A stretch of 64,000 nt of DNA from the NCBI GenBank assembly GCA_965645245.1, contig OZ287085.1:744001-808000 (forward strand). The letters are read 5' to 3'. This DNA is from Massalongia carnosa (lineage: Eukaryota). Below the pieces are notes generated by a model that was not told where the DNA came from, ran no database searches, and saw nothing but the letters and a program-made list of their open reading frames with translations. Numbering within the stretch: position 1 is the first letter of the stretch; every line of letters begins with the position of its first letter. Position numbers and translations under genes: made by a program. Of the stretch, positions 51,438 to 63,818 are shown one piece after another.

Positions 51438-54400
51438 GATGATTGATAAAGTCTCCGGCTCTACTTCCCTATCTATCCTCGAGAACATCCTCAAGCTCTC
51501 GGATCATGAAGGGTACCCAGCATGGAAAAGGTCAATGCGGGACAATGATTATCCTGTGGACGTGGATAGCATTCAAAACAACCGCGCCCGCGATAGATGC
51601 CTCTTCAACTGCCACTGAAGCAGCTACGGACGATGTCTCTACCGACGGCGCATACGCTGCCCTAACAAAGGCGCAAGCCAGAGCCTTGGAGCAGTACACC
51701 GACGGGCACGACAAAGCCTGCACAGCGTTGAGAATCGCATGCGAGGGTAATGCCTACGCGGAAATTGAGGACATGGAAAACGCCGCAGAAGCCTGGAGCC
51801 ACCTCGAAAAAATCTACAAACCAAAAGGGGCAGGTTTTCTCAACGACACTTTTCGCCAGCTTGACAATCTTGCCCTGGCCAACTGTAGCGGCTCGGCGGA
51901 CTACGTCACTCAGTTTCGAGGCATCGTCAACAAGCTCAAATCATTCTCCACCAAGCTAGCTTTAGACGAGAACTACCTGATCTACCATTTTCACACCAAT
52001 CTGGGCCCTGATCACAGCAGCTATTTCGAACGCTATGCCCAAGACCACGACCCGTTTGCTGAGGATGGAACCGCCAAGCATACCCTCAGTCAAGCAATGC
52101 AGCACTTCCAAAACACGGTCACCAACACAAAGACCGCTGCCGGGGGTGCGGTGGTCTCCATGGCCGCACTTCGCCCTGCTCGTGGACGTGGAAATGGTAG
52201 CGGCGGCGGAAACGGAACTGGAAACGAAAAACAAAATCAGGAATAGGTGCAGCCGACCGCCAATGAGACGGCTGTGATCACCAAATCGGTCAAGTACTGC
52301 AATCACTGCAAAAGGCCGTATCACACCGAGAAGGAGTGTCGAATCAAGCATCCGTACTTGGCAACGCAAGACAGTCAACGGTCCAAGACCTGGAAGCGCA
52401 CCAAAAACGAAGACGGTGACAATTCCATGGCCAGGCCCAGCGGCGACAACGACACCGCCAAGTCAGCCTATGTCGCGTTCATGGCCATGGCTCCCTCTCC
52501 TGACGACTCCTAAATCAAAGAAATGGCCAAGCTCTGGATATGGGACTGTGGCAACAGTTAACAAATCTGCCACGACCTATCCGCCTTCACCCAGCTAAAA
52601 GAAGGGAGCCTCGCGCCAATACAGGGGATCGGGGGTGCATTAACCCCTCGAGGCACCGGTAGAGTCTCCATCTCCTGTGTGGACGGTCAAGGAAAATGCC
52701 GCACCTTCCCCCTTTACAACGTCCTGTATGTCCCCGAAGGAGGCCTCAACCTCATCTCCCAAGGTCAGCTGCAACGAGAAGGCTGCCCCATGCAAATTGT
52801 GCCTCAGGGAATCGAGATCGGCAGCTACGGCATCATGGCACGTCGTCAAGAAAATAACCTGTACATTTTAGATTTGTTCAACGTTCCCCAATCCGCCCTC
52901 GCCCTGGCTGCTGTCAACAGTGAGGCATTGAAGATGTGGCATGCCCGTCTCGGCCACTTAGGAGAGCAAAACGTGGTCAAGCTCGCCAGCATGTCGCAAG
53001 GCATAGACCTCAGCAAGCTGCCTCCCGAAGACTCATGCGGCCCCTGCGCCGTTGTCTAAATCACAGCGGAACCTCATAAGGCCCCCATGGAGCCAGGTAA
53101 GCACCCACTGGACCTCATCCACAGCGACGTTCAGGGCCCCTTCAAAGAAGCAGCCAACGGCGCCAAATACTTGGTCACCTTTCACTGTGACTTCGACAGA
53201 CGTTCTCACGTGTCTCTGCTCCGCTCCAAGGACGGGGTGTTTCAAGCTTTCCTCAACTACAAAAAACAAAACGAGTACGGAGACAAATGCATCAAAAGTT
53301 TGAGATCGGACAATGGGGGTGAGTACAACTCCGTTGAATTTGACAAGTTCCGACTCGAAAACGGCATGGGGTGGGAGCCGACTGTGCCAGGAAACCTGGA
53401 GCAAAACGGCAAAGCAGAGCGCCTGGGTAAAACGTTGCAAAAGATAGCTAGCAAAATGCGAGTGGACGCGGGGCTAGATGAAAAGTGGTGGGCCGAATTG
53501 GTACTAACAGCTAATTACCTGCGAAATCGACAACCCACCGCAGGAAGAAATATCACCCCTTACGAATCTCACATAGGCAGTCCCCCTAAGCTAGGACATT
53601 TACGCATTGTAGGGCAAACCGGCTACGCACAAGTGAGAAAGCCTAATAACGGTTGGAACAAATTCCAGGATGGCGCCATCAAGTGCAGATTAGTTGGCTA
53701 CGAAGGCGATCATATTTATCGAATGATCACGCCAAAGGGAATAGTGATGCGGTTCTCCAACGTTAAATGGATAGATAACCTTCCCGCGTCGCTGCCTCAG
53801 GCCCCTTCAGATCCCCCCGCCCCCGCCCCCGCCCCGCCCCCGCCGCCTCAAATTATCGAAATTGAAGACGACGCTCCCCCTACAAAAAGGCTTAAGACCT
53901 CCACATCTGATGAGGCCGCCGCTCTCGAATTCCTAGACAATATCGAAGTACCGACCGACGAAGTCCCATCACCTATGCCTACACCACCTCCTCCTCCTCC
54001 AAATCCTATCCGGCATAGAGTCCAATCGGAGGTGCTTGCTAGGCATCCAGAGCTACGAGAATACTCCCCCGACCCCCTGGCCATGCTCGCTCTCCTCGCC
54101 CACGCCGCAAGCATAGAGCCCTACGAGCCGAAAACCTACAAGTAGGCCGTACGGTGCCGAGATCACCGGGACTGGAGAAAGGGCATACAGGACGAGATCG
54201 ACTCAGTTAACGCCAATAATACCTACAAGCTGGTATTTATCCCTCCAAACCGACGAGCGCTCCGTGCCAAATGGGTCTACCCCCTGAAACGTGGAGCCAT
54301 GGGTGAGGTTCTCCGGCACAAGGCACGATGGGTAGTCAGAGGCTTTGAGCAACGAGAGGGCATCGACTTCAACGAAACGTTCGCCTCCGTGGTTAAGCCA

Positions 54401-55810
54401 ATGAGCTATAGGGCCCTGTTCGCAATCGCAGCCGCCAACGACTGGGAGATTCACGCCATGGACGTCAAAACGGCTTTCCTCTACGGTTGCGTTGAAGAAG
54501 ACATCTACGTGGAGCAGCCAGAAGGCTTCGAGGACGGAACCAAACTAGTGTGGAAGCTATACAAAGCACTCTACGGCCTCAAGCAGTCCCCACGCATTTG
54601 GTACGAGACTTTGACTATGTTCCTGAAGTCCTTAGGCTTTCACATGATCAACGCCGCTTTCAGCATATTTGCAAAGGAAAGGGTCATCGTCTCTCTCTAC
54701 GTGGACGATCTAAAGATCACTGGCTCCTCCCCGTCAGAAATCCGATGCATCAAACAGGCCCTCGGCGAACGTTTTCATATGGTCGACCTTGGACCCATCA
54801 GCTATTATCTGGGAATCTCTATAACTCGGGACCGCCCCAATTGAATCCTGCGCTTGAGCCAACAAGCATTCCTGGAGAAGGTGCTCCGTGACCACGGTAT
54901 GTGGGAGACGAATCCAGTGGCCACCCCCGTGGAAGGACGCCTTGAGGCAATACCAGAAGGCTACCAAGCTACAGAGGACTCACGCCTGCGGTATCAGTCC
55001 GCAGTGGGATCCCTAATGTACGCCATGCTTGGGACTAGGCCAGACCTTGCCTACGCTGTCTCGGTGGTCAGCCGTTATTCCTCAAATCCCACTGAGACGC
55101 ACCGGATGGCCGTTAAGCGCATTTTTAGGTGCATCAAAGGTACGCTGACCTTACAGCTAACATTTAGAGGTCCCTTTATACCTTTAAACGGGAACACGGA
55201 TGCAGACTGGGCCGGAGATCACGATACCCGGAGATCCACTTCTGGATATGTCTTCAACGTCGGCAGTGGTGCCATTAATTGGTCTTCAAAACGTCAACCA
55301 ACGGTAGCACTGTCCTCCTGTGAGGCTGAGTACATGGGCCAGACACAAGCCACCAAGGAAGCTATGTGGCTATCTAGCCTTCTGGACCAAATCAACCCTC
55401 CAGAGGCCCCAGGTACCCACTCCATGCAGCAAATGACTCAGAGTGCCAACATCAACCTAGCTTGTCTCCCCACCTCGTTTTCTTTTGGAGCCGTCATAAT
55501 TCACTGCAACAATCAAGGAGCAGTTGCTTTAGCCAAGAATCCCCAGGCCCATGCCCGGAGTAAGCATATCGACATTCAATGGCATTACCAACGGGAGAAA
55601 ATAGAGGACAAAACGGTAGAATTTCGCTACGTCCCCATTGAGGATCAAGTAGCAGATGGTCTTACCAAGGCCTTATCCAAGGACAAGTTCATTGCATTTA
55701 GGAATACATTAGTCCTGGAGTTATCAACCTCAAGGCTCACATCACCCGCAGCCTCGCCGACGGGGGTGCAACTCGCCTGCAGTACAGCCTGCGGAGTACT
55801 CAGCTCATAG
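51438..55810 (+). pseudogene. copia gag-pol polyprotein with in-frame stops
   Basis: CNHCKRPYHTEKEC knuckle; WIWDCG protease; WHARLGH; HSDVQGP/LRSDNGGEY/NGKAER integrase; KARWVVRG, LYGLKQSP, YVDD RT; DADWAGD, EAEY, ADGLTK RNase H. Confidence 0.94.
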
Positions 55811-55862
55811 TAGTCTCACCTACAGTTGATGTGGGAGTGCTTAACCAGCACCTGAGTGGGAG

Positions 55863-56099
55863 TGTCGAAATCCGATTAGTCCGTTAGCTGGTAGCACTAC
55901 CTGCACTCGATTACGTGACCCTATGTAAATGCAGGGCTAGTGAAGGAGCCTAATAGGCTAGCTCCGAGTAAGCTGCGGGAGCTAAATCACTAGCTTAGAA
56001 GATTAGGGCAACTCAACTGTATATAAAAGGCATCACCAATCTAGCTAGAAAATCAAGCAGTCTACTACCTATGCTTCGTTCATCTATGTGCTTTTCATA
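55863..56099 (+). repeat. copia 3' LTR
   Basis: Direct repeat of 50026-50262. Confidence 0.95.
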
Positions 56100-59000
56100 G
56101 TATCGTCACTTTTTCCCTCTTTTTACTCCGTGTTAGTAACAACCTATAGTAATCGAAAAATATCAATTTTACAATTTGTCTTTACAAGTTCGTAAATGTT
56201 TCAACATAAAACGTTTCTGATTTTACTGTTCGATCTCTCCCCAACCTCCAGTTTCGAAAATATCGTCATCAAGCTGACGTAGTATCTATTTTCTATTCGC
56301 GATTATGTTATTGACAATAAATTTATCAAAATATCATTTCCGATTTTGGTATTAAACAACATATTCAAGTTGATCGTAGTATCGATATTTTGTTTCATGG
56401 TTTGAATTTCATCGAAATAGTGAAAGCAATTCAATAACAAGTGTTCTGGCGTTTGTTGTTGATTGCATCGATTTGTGCATTTCGACGAATTATAATGTTT
56501 CAATCGATGTAAATATGATCGAAAATAACCGTTTCCGAATTTTAATTGCATAATAGTAGCAAATATCAATTTGGAACACTTGTTTGAAAAATAATAAAAT
56601 CTAGAAATGCTAGGTTTCATTTCGAATTTCTCGTGGTATTTGCCTTTTGATTAGCATTATTGCCATTGATTCGTCCAAGTGGTTAGCAATTTTGATTTAT
56701 TTGATCTTTTACATAATCTAATGTAATCGCCGAGGACTCGATTAGGATTCGATTATAGCCCGTCTTTGCTATATTGTCTGCAATTTCGTTTCCGGTAATA
56801 TTTGAATGACTCGGAACCCATTGCAAAATAACCTGATAATTGCTTTCAAATAAGCGTTTTGCGAGCTTTCGAATTTGTCTTGCGAAAATATGATTTGTTA
56901 AGTTATGAATTTCGTTTATCGCGTTTATACTATCAGAAAAAATCCAAATTGTTTTTTCCAAGTTCGATAAAATATTAGTATTCGACAATTTATAGACACA
57001 TTTCATTGCTTGTAAAATCGCATGCAGTTCAGCATTTTTAATGCTTGACTGTTTGCTTAATTTACAGCTTTTTCTAAATCGTATGATACTTGATCAGACA
57101 ATCTTTTTCGATAAATCGATCAAAACTATTGATAATATTACTCCAATTCCGTATAATTGACGCAAATGTAACTTCAGACGTTGCAAATTCGATTTTTGAT
57201 CAATCCGTATAAAGTAAAACTCGGGATTTATCGGAGTTCATTGATTAAATTTTGAATAAGGTCGAATAATAACTTGATTTAGCAGATCCTTTGTATTTTC
57301 GATTTGAAATTTGATTTTGCAAGGCGATTTCCAAGGTTTAATGAAATGATTTGATTGTTCAAATTCATCAGTTTTGTGAACAATATCGGAAACGGAATGA
57401 AGAACGCAAATAAGCTAACAAGAATATCGTTTATTTGTTTGTTTTTCGTCTTCGTTCCATTCTGCATATTTGTTGTTTCATAAACAAGTGTCAAAACCGA
57501 TGTTTTCGAATTTTATCGAATATGTATTTGGAATTCTTTGACAAATGGGGTTATTTTCGGCAATCTTCAATAGCCGAATTGCGTGTTTTTGATTCTTCAT
57601 TGATAATCGAAGTTTGACTGGTAAAACATGTGATCCAATTTCCATCTCCTGAGTAGGTGTGGGTTTGAAAGTTCCTAAAATCTTTCGAATCATTCGATTT
57701 GTAGGTTCTGAAATAGTTTTTCATATTTCTTTTGACCATTATACCAAATTTCTGAACCGTAGTCCGAAATGGGAATAATGCATGACAAATATAGTTGTCT
57801 GCATGCAGTCGGTTGCAGACCCCATTCGGATTTCATCAAATTCTTAATTGCAAAAAACGATCGATTCGCAGAGGAGATTCGCGTTTCGACGTGTTTTTTG
57901 AAATTTAGTTTTCGGTCTAAACAGACTCCTAACTATTTGACTACAATTTTCGGTTCTAATACTGTCCCGTATGGCAATTCCAATGTGTCTTTCGATAAAT
58001 TTCTTGTCTTATCGAAGTGAATCAGCTCGGATTTATCGTCATCAAATTTTACATTATTGGATGCGGCCCAATCAAAGGCAGTTTTGACTATGATTTCGAT
58101 TTCTTTGCATTTCTGTTTTGCAGTTTTATTTTCGACTTAAATTGCAATATCGTCAATAAAATTGGGAGAATGTGCATTGAATTTCAATCGTATTTTCGGA
58201 AACAAGTGACGAATGTAAATCAGAAATAGAATAGGCGAGATTGGTGAGCCTTGTGGAATTCCTGATTTGACATAATATGTTTTACTTTTGTTTTCATCGA
58301 ATATCAAATTGATCGATCGTTTTGCCATGAAATGCTTGACCCATTGAATTATTATGCGAGATAATTTCAGCTTTTTCATGACATTTAGCAGTTGATTAAT
58401 TGGGACAAAGTCAAATGCGCCTTTGAAATCGAGTAATAAACAGGATAAGACGTTTTTATTTCGATTTGCAATTTCAATATCATGAACACGTTTATTACTG
58501 CGTCAATTGCAGAATGATTTTTGCGTCCGCACATCTGTTCGATATCTAGTAAATTCGAATTCTCGCCGAAGTGATAATTCGATATGATTTTGGAAGCGAA
58601 TAGTTTGATTTATTAGGTTTTTTCAGAAAAGCACCGAGTCCTGTCCGCCAGTATAACGGGCGATAACTGATTCGAAGGAATTTCTAATAAATCATTAAAA
58701 ACACGTTTTTCAACGACTAAGAATGATAAAATAGAGTTTATATCTCCTTCGTGAAGACTCTATCCCAGTTTTCGTTCATCTTACTGGTGCCTTTTACGGC
58801 CCAAGACTATTGATGAATTCTACGATTGGGGTGAACGACGTCACTTTCGCCCAAATCAAACCCAGTTTACTCCTTAAACATATATCAAGGGTAAGTCTAG
58901 TCGTGGCCTATGCGCCGGCGAACCGACGGTGACTCGTTACGAGCGAGAAAGACATTCCCTGCTCTATATACACCGACATACGCATACTGTCTTCTCGGGC

Positions 59001-59935
59001 TATATAGACAGTCTCCGTTCGGTGGCCGCCATAGCATACCACGCCTCACGTATTTTTTACGCCTACTTCGAGTGATTCATAAATGTTTCCCGTTTATGAA
59101 CCGACCTTGTCTCGCACGGATTTCGACCACTAAGATCCTGACCAGGCAGTATAGTATCGATTTTCCGTCCCTACTAACCGAAACGAGTCGAGGACAACTC
59201 GGAGGGGGGCTCGTTTGAAATTCGTCTATTAGCTCAGGGCCTTGAGTGTTATCAATTAACGGGTTCCTCGTATATTGCCCTTTTCTTGTCTCAAGGGTTT
59301 CCTATTTGATTACTAGGTTGCCTCCACCATCCCCGGTACCACCCAGGTTCGGGCCGTGTTTCTCAAGGTAACTATCAATAGGATGGTTTTCATAACCCAT
59401 ATCTCTTGTATCGTGTAGGGTGTGACCCTACACTATGTTTCTATATAATTTATTTTTTTCAGCCGAAGGACTCCGTGTTGTAATCAAAGGAGACCCGTGT
59501 GATAGACATAGCTGACCCGATTCGTACGTCTTTAGCTGTCAGCCAATAACTGCATGAAAGGTCTTGAAACTTTAAGAGTATAACCGAGCGTTGTGAACGA
59601 GGTCTATAAAAATCTTATTAACGAGGTCTTCGAGAACAATATTAACGAAGTTCCGCTGAACTAGTTTTATTCGTTTTAGGATATATCGAGGTCTACCTGT
59701 ATCAAATCCACAACATGCCCGAGTCAAAATACACAGTTTTCAGCTGATAATTGCTGGAAAGGACTTAAACCTCTAAAAATATGTTCTCCGATATTAATGA
59801 GATGTAGATCTGTCTTAACGACGCCCCGCAGACCCCTCTTCCCAGGGATGAGTAATTGATTTGTGACTGTGTGTTTTGTGACTTTGTGTTTGTGACTGTA
59901 TGTTTGTGACTGTGTGCTTTGTTACTGTGTACTTT

Positions 59936-60502
59936 TTTTTTATTTTTTATTTATTCATTGAGTGTATTCAACCTAAGGTTATGACACAAAACTATTTTAA
60001 GATATATTTCTATAATACAAATAAATCAACCCTTTATAACCCATCTATGAATCTTCAATTTTTCCCCGTTTTTACTCCGTGTTAGTAACAACCTATAGTA
60101 ATCGAATTTTCGATTTTACAATTTGTCTTTGTAAAGTTCGTAAGTGTTTCAGCATAAATCAATTCTGATTTTACTGTTCGATCTCTCCCCAACCTCCCGT
60201 TTCGACAATTTCGTCTTCTAGCTGACCTAGTATCCATTTTCTAGTAGCGATTTTGTTTTTGGCAATAAACTTTATCAAAATGTCATTTCCAATTTTGGTA
60301 TTGAATAAAATGTTCAAATTGATTGTAGTATCGATACTTTGTTTCATTATTTGAATTTCTTCAAAATAGTGATTGCAGTTCAACAATAGATGTTCTGGCG
60401 TTTGACGTTCGTTGCATCTATTCGTGCATTTTGACGAATTGTAATCTTTCAATCGATATAGATATGAACGAAAATAACAGTGTCCAAATTTCAGCTGCAT
60501 AA
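59936..60502 (-). mobile_element. Short LINE-A 3' fragment
   Basis: 14-bp TSD ttactgtgtacttt (59922-59935, 60503-60516); encodes ...CTNRCNERQTPEHLLLNC...GGWGEIEQ. Confidence 0.93.
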
Positions 60503-60987
60503 TTACTGTGTACTTTGTACAACGTGTGATTGTTGAATACGTGTTTTCCTCGATTTTATTTAACAGGCCCGGCCTATTAAATAGGATATTGTTATTCTGC
60601 TCCGAGATGGAGTTTCTTGAGGTGACTGCATTCGCCCCAGTGTCTTTACGCCTTCTGTTGATCCCAGCTGATGACTGCATAGGGAGACTTGAACTCTCAG
60701 GAGCTAGAACGCGTGTCGATTGTGCCCGGGTGGGGGATAATGCGGCTCCTTAGTTCCACATCTTCTTTCAACTGATGACTGCATGAAGGGACTTTACCCT
60801 TAGAAGCATAGTCCAGGGACGCGCGCATTTTACCCCCCGGCGGCTGGCCTTCGTATCCTCTTTCGTACGTACGTCTGCGACGCGTGGGAACGTGTTAAAT
60901 TAGCATTGTTTTGATGCGAAGACATAGGAGCAAATATATATGTTTGACGTTCCCCCCACGGTTAGACCTTTGGCGTCTCCGTGGTAA

Positions 60988-61222
60988 GGACCGATGGTGT
61001 AGAAAGAGGAGAACCGATGGTGTAGAAAGAAGAGGACCGATGGTATAGAAAGAGGAGGACCGATGGTATAGAACGAGGAGGACCGATGGTGTAGAAAGAA
61101 GAGGACCGATAGTGTAGAAAGTGGAGTACCGATGGTGTAGAAAGAGGAGGACCGATAGTGTACAAAGAGGAGAGCCGATGGTGTAGAAAGATGAGGACCG
61201 ATAGTGTAGAAAGAGGAGGACC
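60988..61222. repeat. 23-bp minisatellite ggaccgatggtgtagaaagagga, ~10 units, at the 5' end of NC copy 3
   Basis: Direct tandem repeat, period 23. Confidence 0.95.
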
Positions 61223-62932
61223 TATTGATGTTGAATGTATGTCGAAAATAAAACTGCAAAACAAAATTGCATAGAAATCGAATTTATAGTCAAAACAGCC
61301 TTTGATTGTGCCACGTCGGATAATTTCAAATTTGATGACGATAAATCCGAGCTGGGTAAGTTCGAGAAGACAAGAAATATATCGAAAGACACATTGGAAT
61401 TACCAAACGGGACAATACTAGAACCGAAAAATGTAGTCAAATGGTTAGACGTCTAGCTAGACCGAAAAATAAATTTCGATAAACACGTCGAAACGCGAAT
61501 CTCTTCTGCGAATCGATCGTTTTTTGCAATTCAGAATTTGATGAAATGCTAATAGGGTCTGAAACCGACAGCATGCAGACAGTTCTATTTGTAATGCATT
61601 ATTCCTATCTCGGACTACGGTTCAGAAATTTGGTACAATGATCAAAAAAATATGAAAAACTATTTCACAACCTACAAAATCGAATGATTCGAAAGATTTT
61701 AGGAACTTTCAAACCCACACCTTCTCAGGAGATGGAAATTGAATCACATGTTTTACCAGTCAAACTTCGATTACCAATGAAAAATCAAATATACTCAATT
61801 CGGCTATTGAAGATTGCCGAAAATAACCCCATTTGTGAAAAATTCCAAATATATATTCGATAAAATTCGAAAACATTGGTGTTGACACTAGTTTATGGAA
61901 CAACAAATATGCCGGATGGAACGAAGACGAAAAACAAACAAAGAAACGACTTCCTAGTCAGCTTATTCGCGTTCTTCATTCCCTTTCCGAAATAGTTCAT
62001 AAAAGTGATAAATTTGAAAAATCAAATCATTTCATTAAACCTTGGAAATCGTCTTGCAAAATCGAATTTCAAATCGAAAATACAAAAGAATCTGCAAAAT
62101 CGAGTTATTATTCGACCTTATCCAAAATCCAATCAATGAATTCCGATAAATCCCGAGTTTTACTTTGTACGGATGTATCAAAAATCGAATTCGCAACGTC
62201 TGCAGTTACATTTGCCCCAAATATGCGGAATTGGAGTATTATTATCAATAATTTTGATCGATTTATCGAAAAAGATTGTCTGATAAAGTATCATACGATT
62301 TCGAAAAGCTGGAAATTAAGCACACAGTCAAGCATTAAAAACGCTGAAATGCATGCGATTTTACAAGCAATGAAATGTGTCTATAAACTCTCCAATACCA
62401 ATAATCCATCGAATTCAGAAAATACGATTTGGATTTTTTCTGATAGTATAAACGCGATAAACGAAATTCAGAACCTGAAAATTTATATTTTCGCAAAACA
62501 AATTCGAAAGATCGCAAAACACTTATTTGAAAGCAATTATCAAGTTATTTTGCAATGGATTCCGAGTTATCCAAAAGTTACCCAAAACGAAATTGCAAAA
62601 AAAACAGCAAAGACGGGCCATAATCGAATCCTAGGCGAGTTCTCTGCCGTAACATTTGATTATGTGAAAGATCAAATAAATCAAAATATGCTAACCGCAT
62701 GAACTAATCAATGGCAACATTGCAAATCAAAAGGCAAATACTACGAGAAACTCGAAATGAAACCTGGCAAATCGAATTTTTATTATTTATCAAACAACTG
62801 TTCAAAATTGATATTTGCTACTATTATGCAAGTAAAATTCGGACATGGCTATTTTCGATCATATTTACATCGATTAAAAGATTATAATTCGTTAAAATGC
62901 ACAAATCGATACAATCAACGATAAACGCAAGA

Positions 62933-63151
62933 GTGCACAGCGAGCAGTCGGGCTTCCGATGGGTAGATCATAGAAAGAATCTACTTGCTGACGTAGTTTT
63001 CATTTGGAGGGCCGCAATTAGTAACAGGATACCCAGGTAGAAGAGCCGAACTTATGACTACGTGTTGATATCGCGATAGAAGCATCTATGTCTATCACGC
63101 TACGTAACGCTCTTCGCATCTCAAGTCGTCAAGTTCGAGGTTGTCCACTTA
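62933..63151. mobile_element. ~220-bp insertion, probable solo LTR
   Basis: Interrupts LINE sequence aaacgccagaacac; flanks caaga/ccaga; imperfect terminal inverted repeat gagtgcaca/tgtccactt. Confidence 0.6.
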
Positions 63152-63521
63152 CCAGAACACTTGTTATTGTATTGAATTCACTTTTTCGATGAAATTCAAA
63201 ACATGAAACAAACTGTCGATACTACGATCAACTTGATAAGGTTTTTTAACACAAAAATCGGAAATGATATTTTGATCAAATTCATTATCAATAACAAAAT
63301 CGCTACTAGAAAATTGATACTAGGACAGCTTGATGACGAAATTGTCGAAAATAGAGGTTGGGGAGAGATCGAACAGTAAAATCAGAAATGATTTATGCTG
63401 AAACATTTCCGAACTTACGAAGACAAATTGTAAAATCAATAACTTTTCGATTACTATAGGTTGTTACTAACACGGAAAAAAAACAGGGAAAAATTAACGA
63501 TACATAGATGGGTTATAAAGG

Positions 63522-63818
63522 GTTTATTTATTTGTATTATAAAAACATATCCTAAAATAGTTTAGTGTCATAACCTTAGGTAGAATACACTTAATAAATA
63601 AATTAATAAAAAAACAACGTGTGGTTGATTTATTTGTATTATAAAAACATATCCTAAAATAGTTTAGTGTCATAACCTTAGGTTGAATACACTTAATAAA
63701 TAAATTAATAAAAAAACAACGTGTGGTTGATTTATTTGTATTATAAAAACATATCCTAAAATAGTTTATTGTCATAACCTTAGGCTGAATACACTTAATA
63801 AATAAATTAATAAAAAAA
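63522..63818 (+). repeat. Three tandem 102-bp units: LINE-A terminal ~93 nt plus caacgtgtg
   Basis: tttgtattat recurs at 63531, 63633, 63735. Confidence 0.93.

Larger units (their letters stand above)
50026..56099 (+). mobile_element. Ty1/copia LTR retrotransposon, degenerate
   Basis: 237-bp LTRs; TSD gtatt/gtatc; PBS-like ggttattatccc at 50263 (resembles the copia half-tRNAiMet GGTTATGRGCCC); PPT gagtgggag before 55863; gag-PR-IN-RT-RH order. Confidence 0.96.
49914..58716 (-). mobile_element. 5'-truncated LINE-A (~2.7 kb net), partner of NC copy 3; copia inserted in its 3'UTR
   Basis: Poly(T) at 49914; 3'UTR split at 50025/56100; RT and RNaseH remnants 56303-58716. Confidence 0.9.
58717..61226 (-). 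mobile_element. Non-coding element NC copy 3, interrupted at 59936-60502
   Basis: Same terminus ctaagaatgataaaatagag at 58717. A degenerate TSD (gatgttgcaata ~49902-49913 / gatgttgaatg ~61227) encloses NC plus LINE 49914-58716. Confidence 0.87.
43668..63818 (+). mobile_element. Old LINE-A beta host copy in pieces (43668-45763, 49505-49913, 61227-63615), with triplicated 3' end
   Basis: ORF1 C-terminus and ORF2 are colinear once the nested insertions are removed at their TSDs. Confidence 0.85.

Noticed and set aside
52240..54850. CAA/CAG/CGA-derived stops in copia as RIP evidence
   Set aside because: Transition-derived stops necessarily come mostly from these codons, and the LTR comparison shows many transversions.
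60900..61264. Repeat-rich ORFs over the 23-bp array
   Set aside because: The unit is not a multiple of 3; the frames are open only because the repeat lacks stops.
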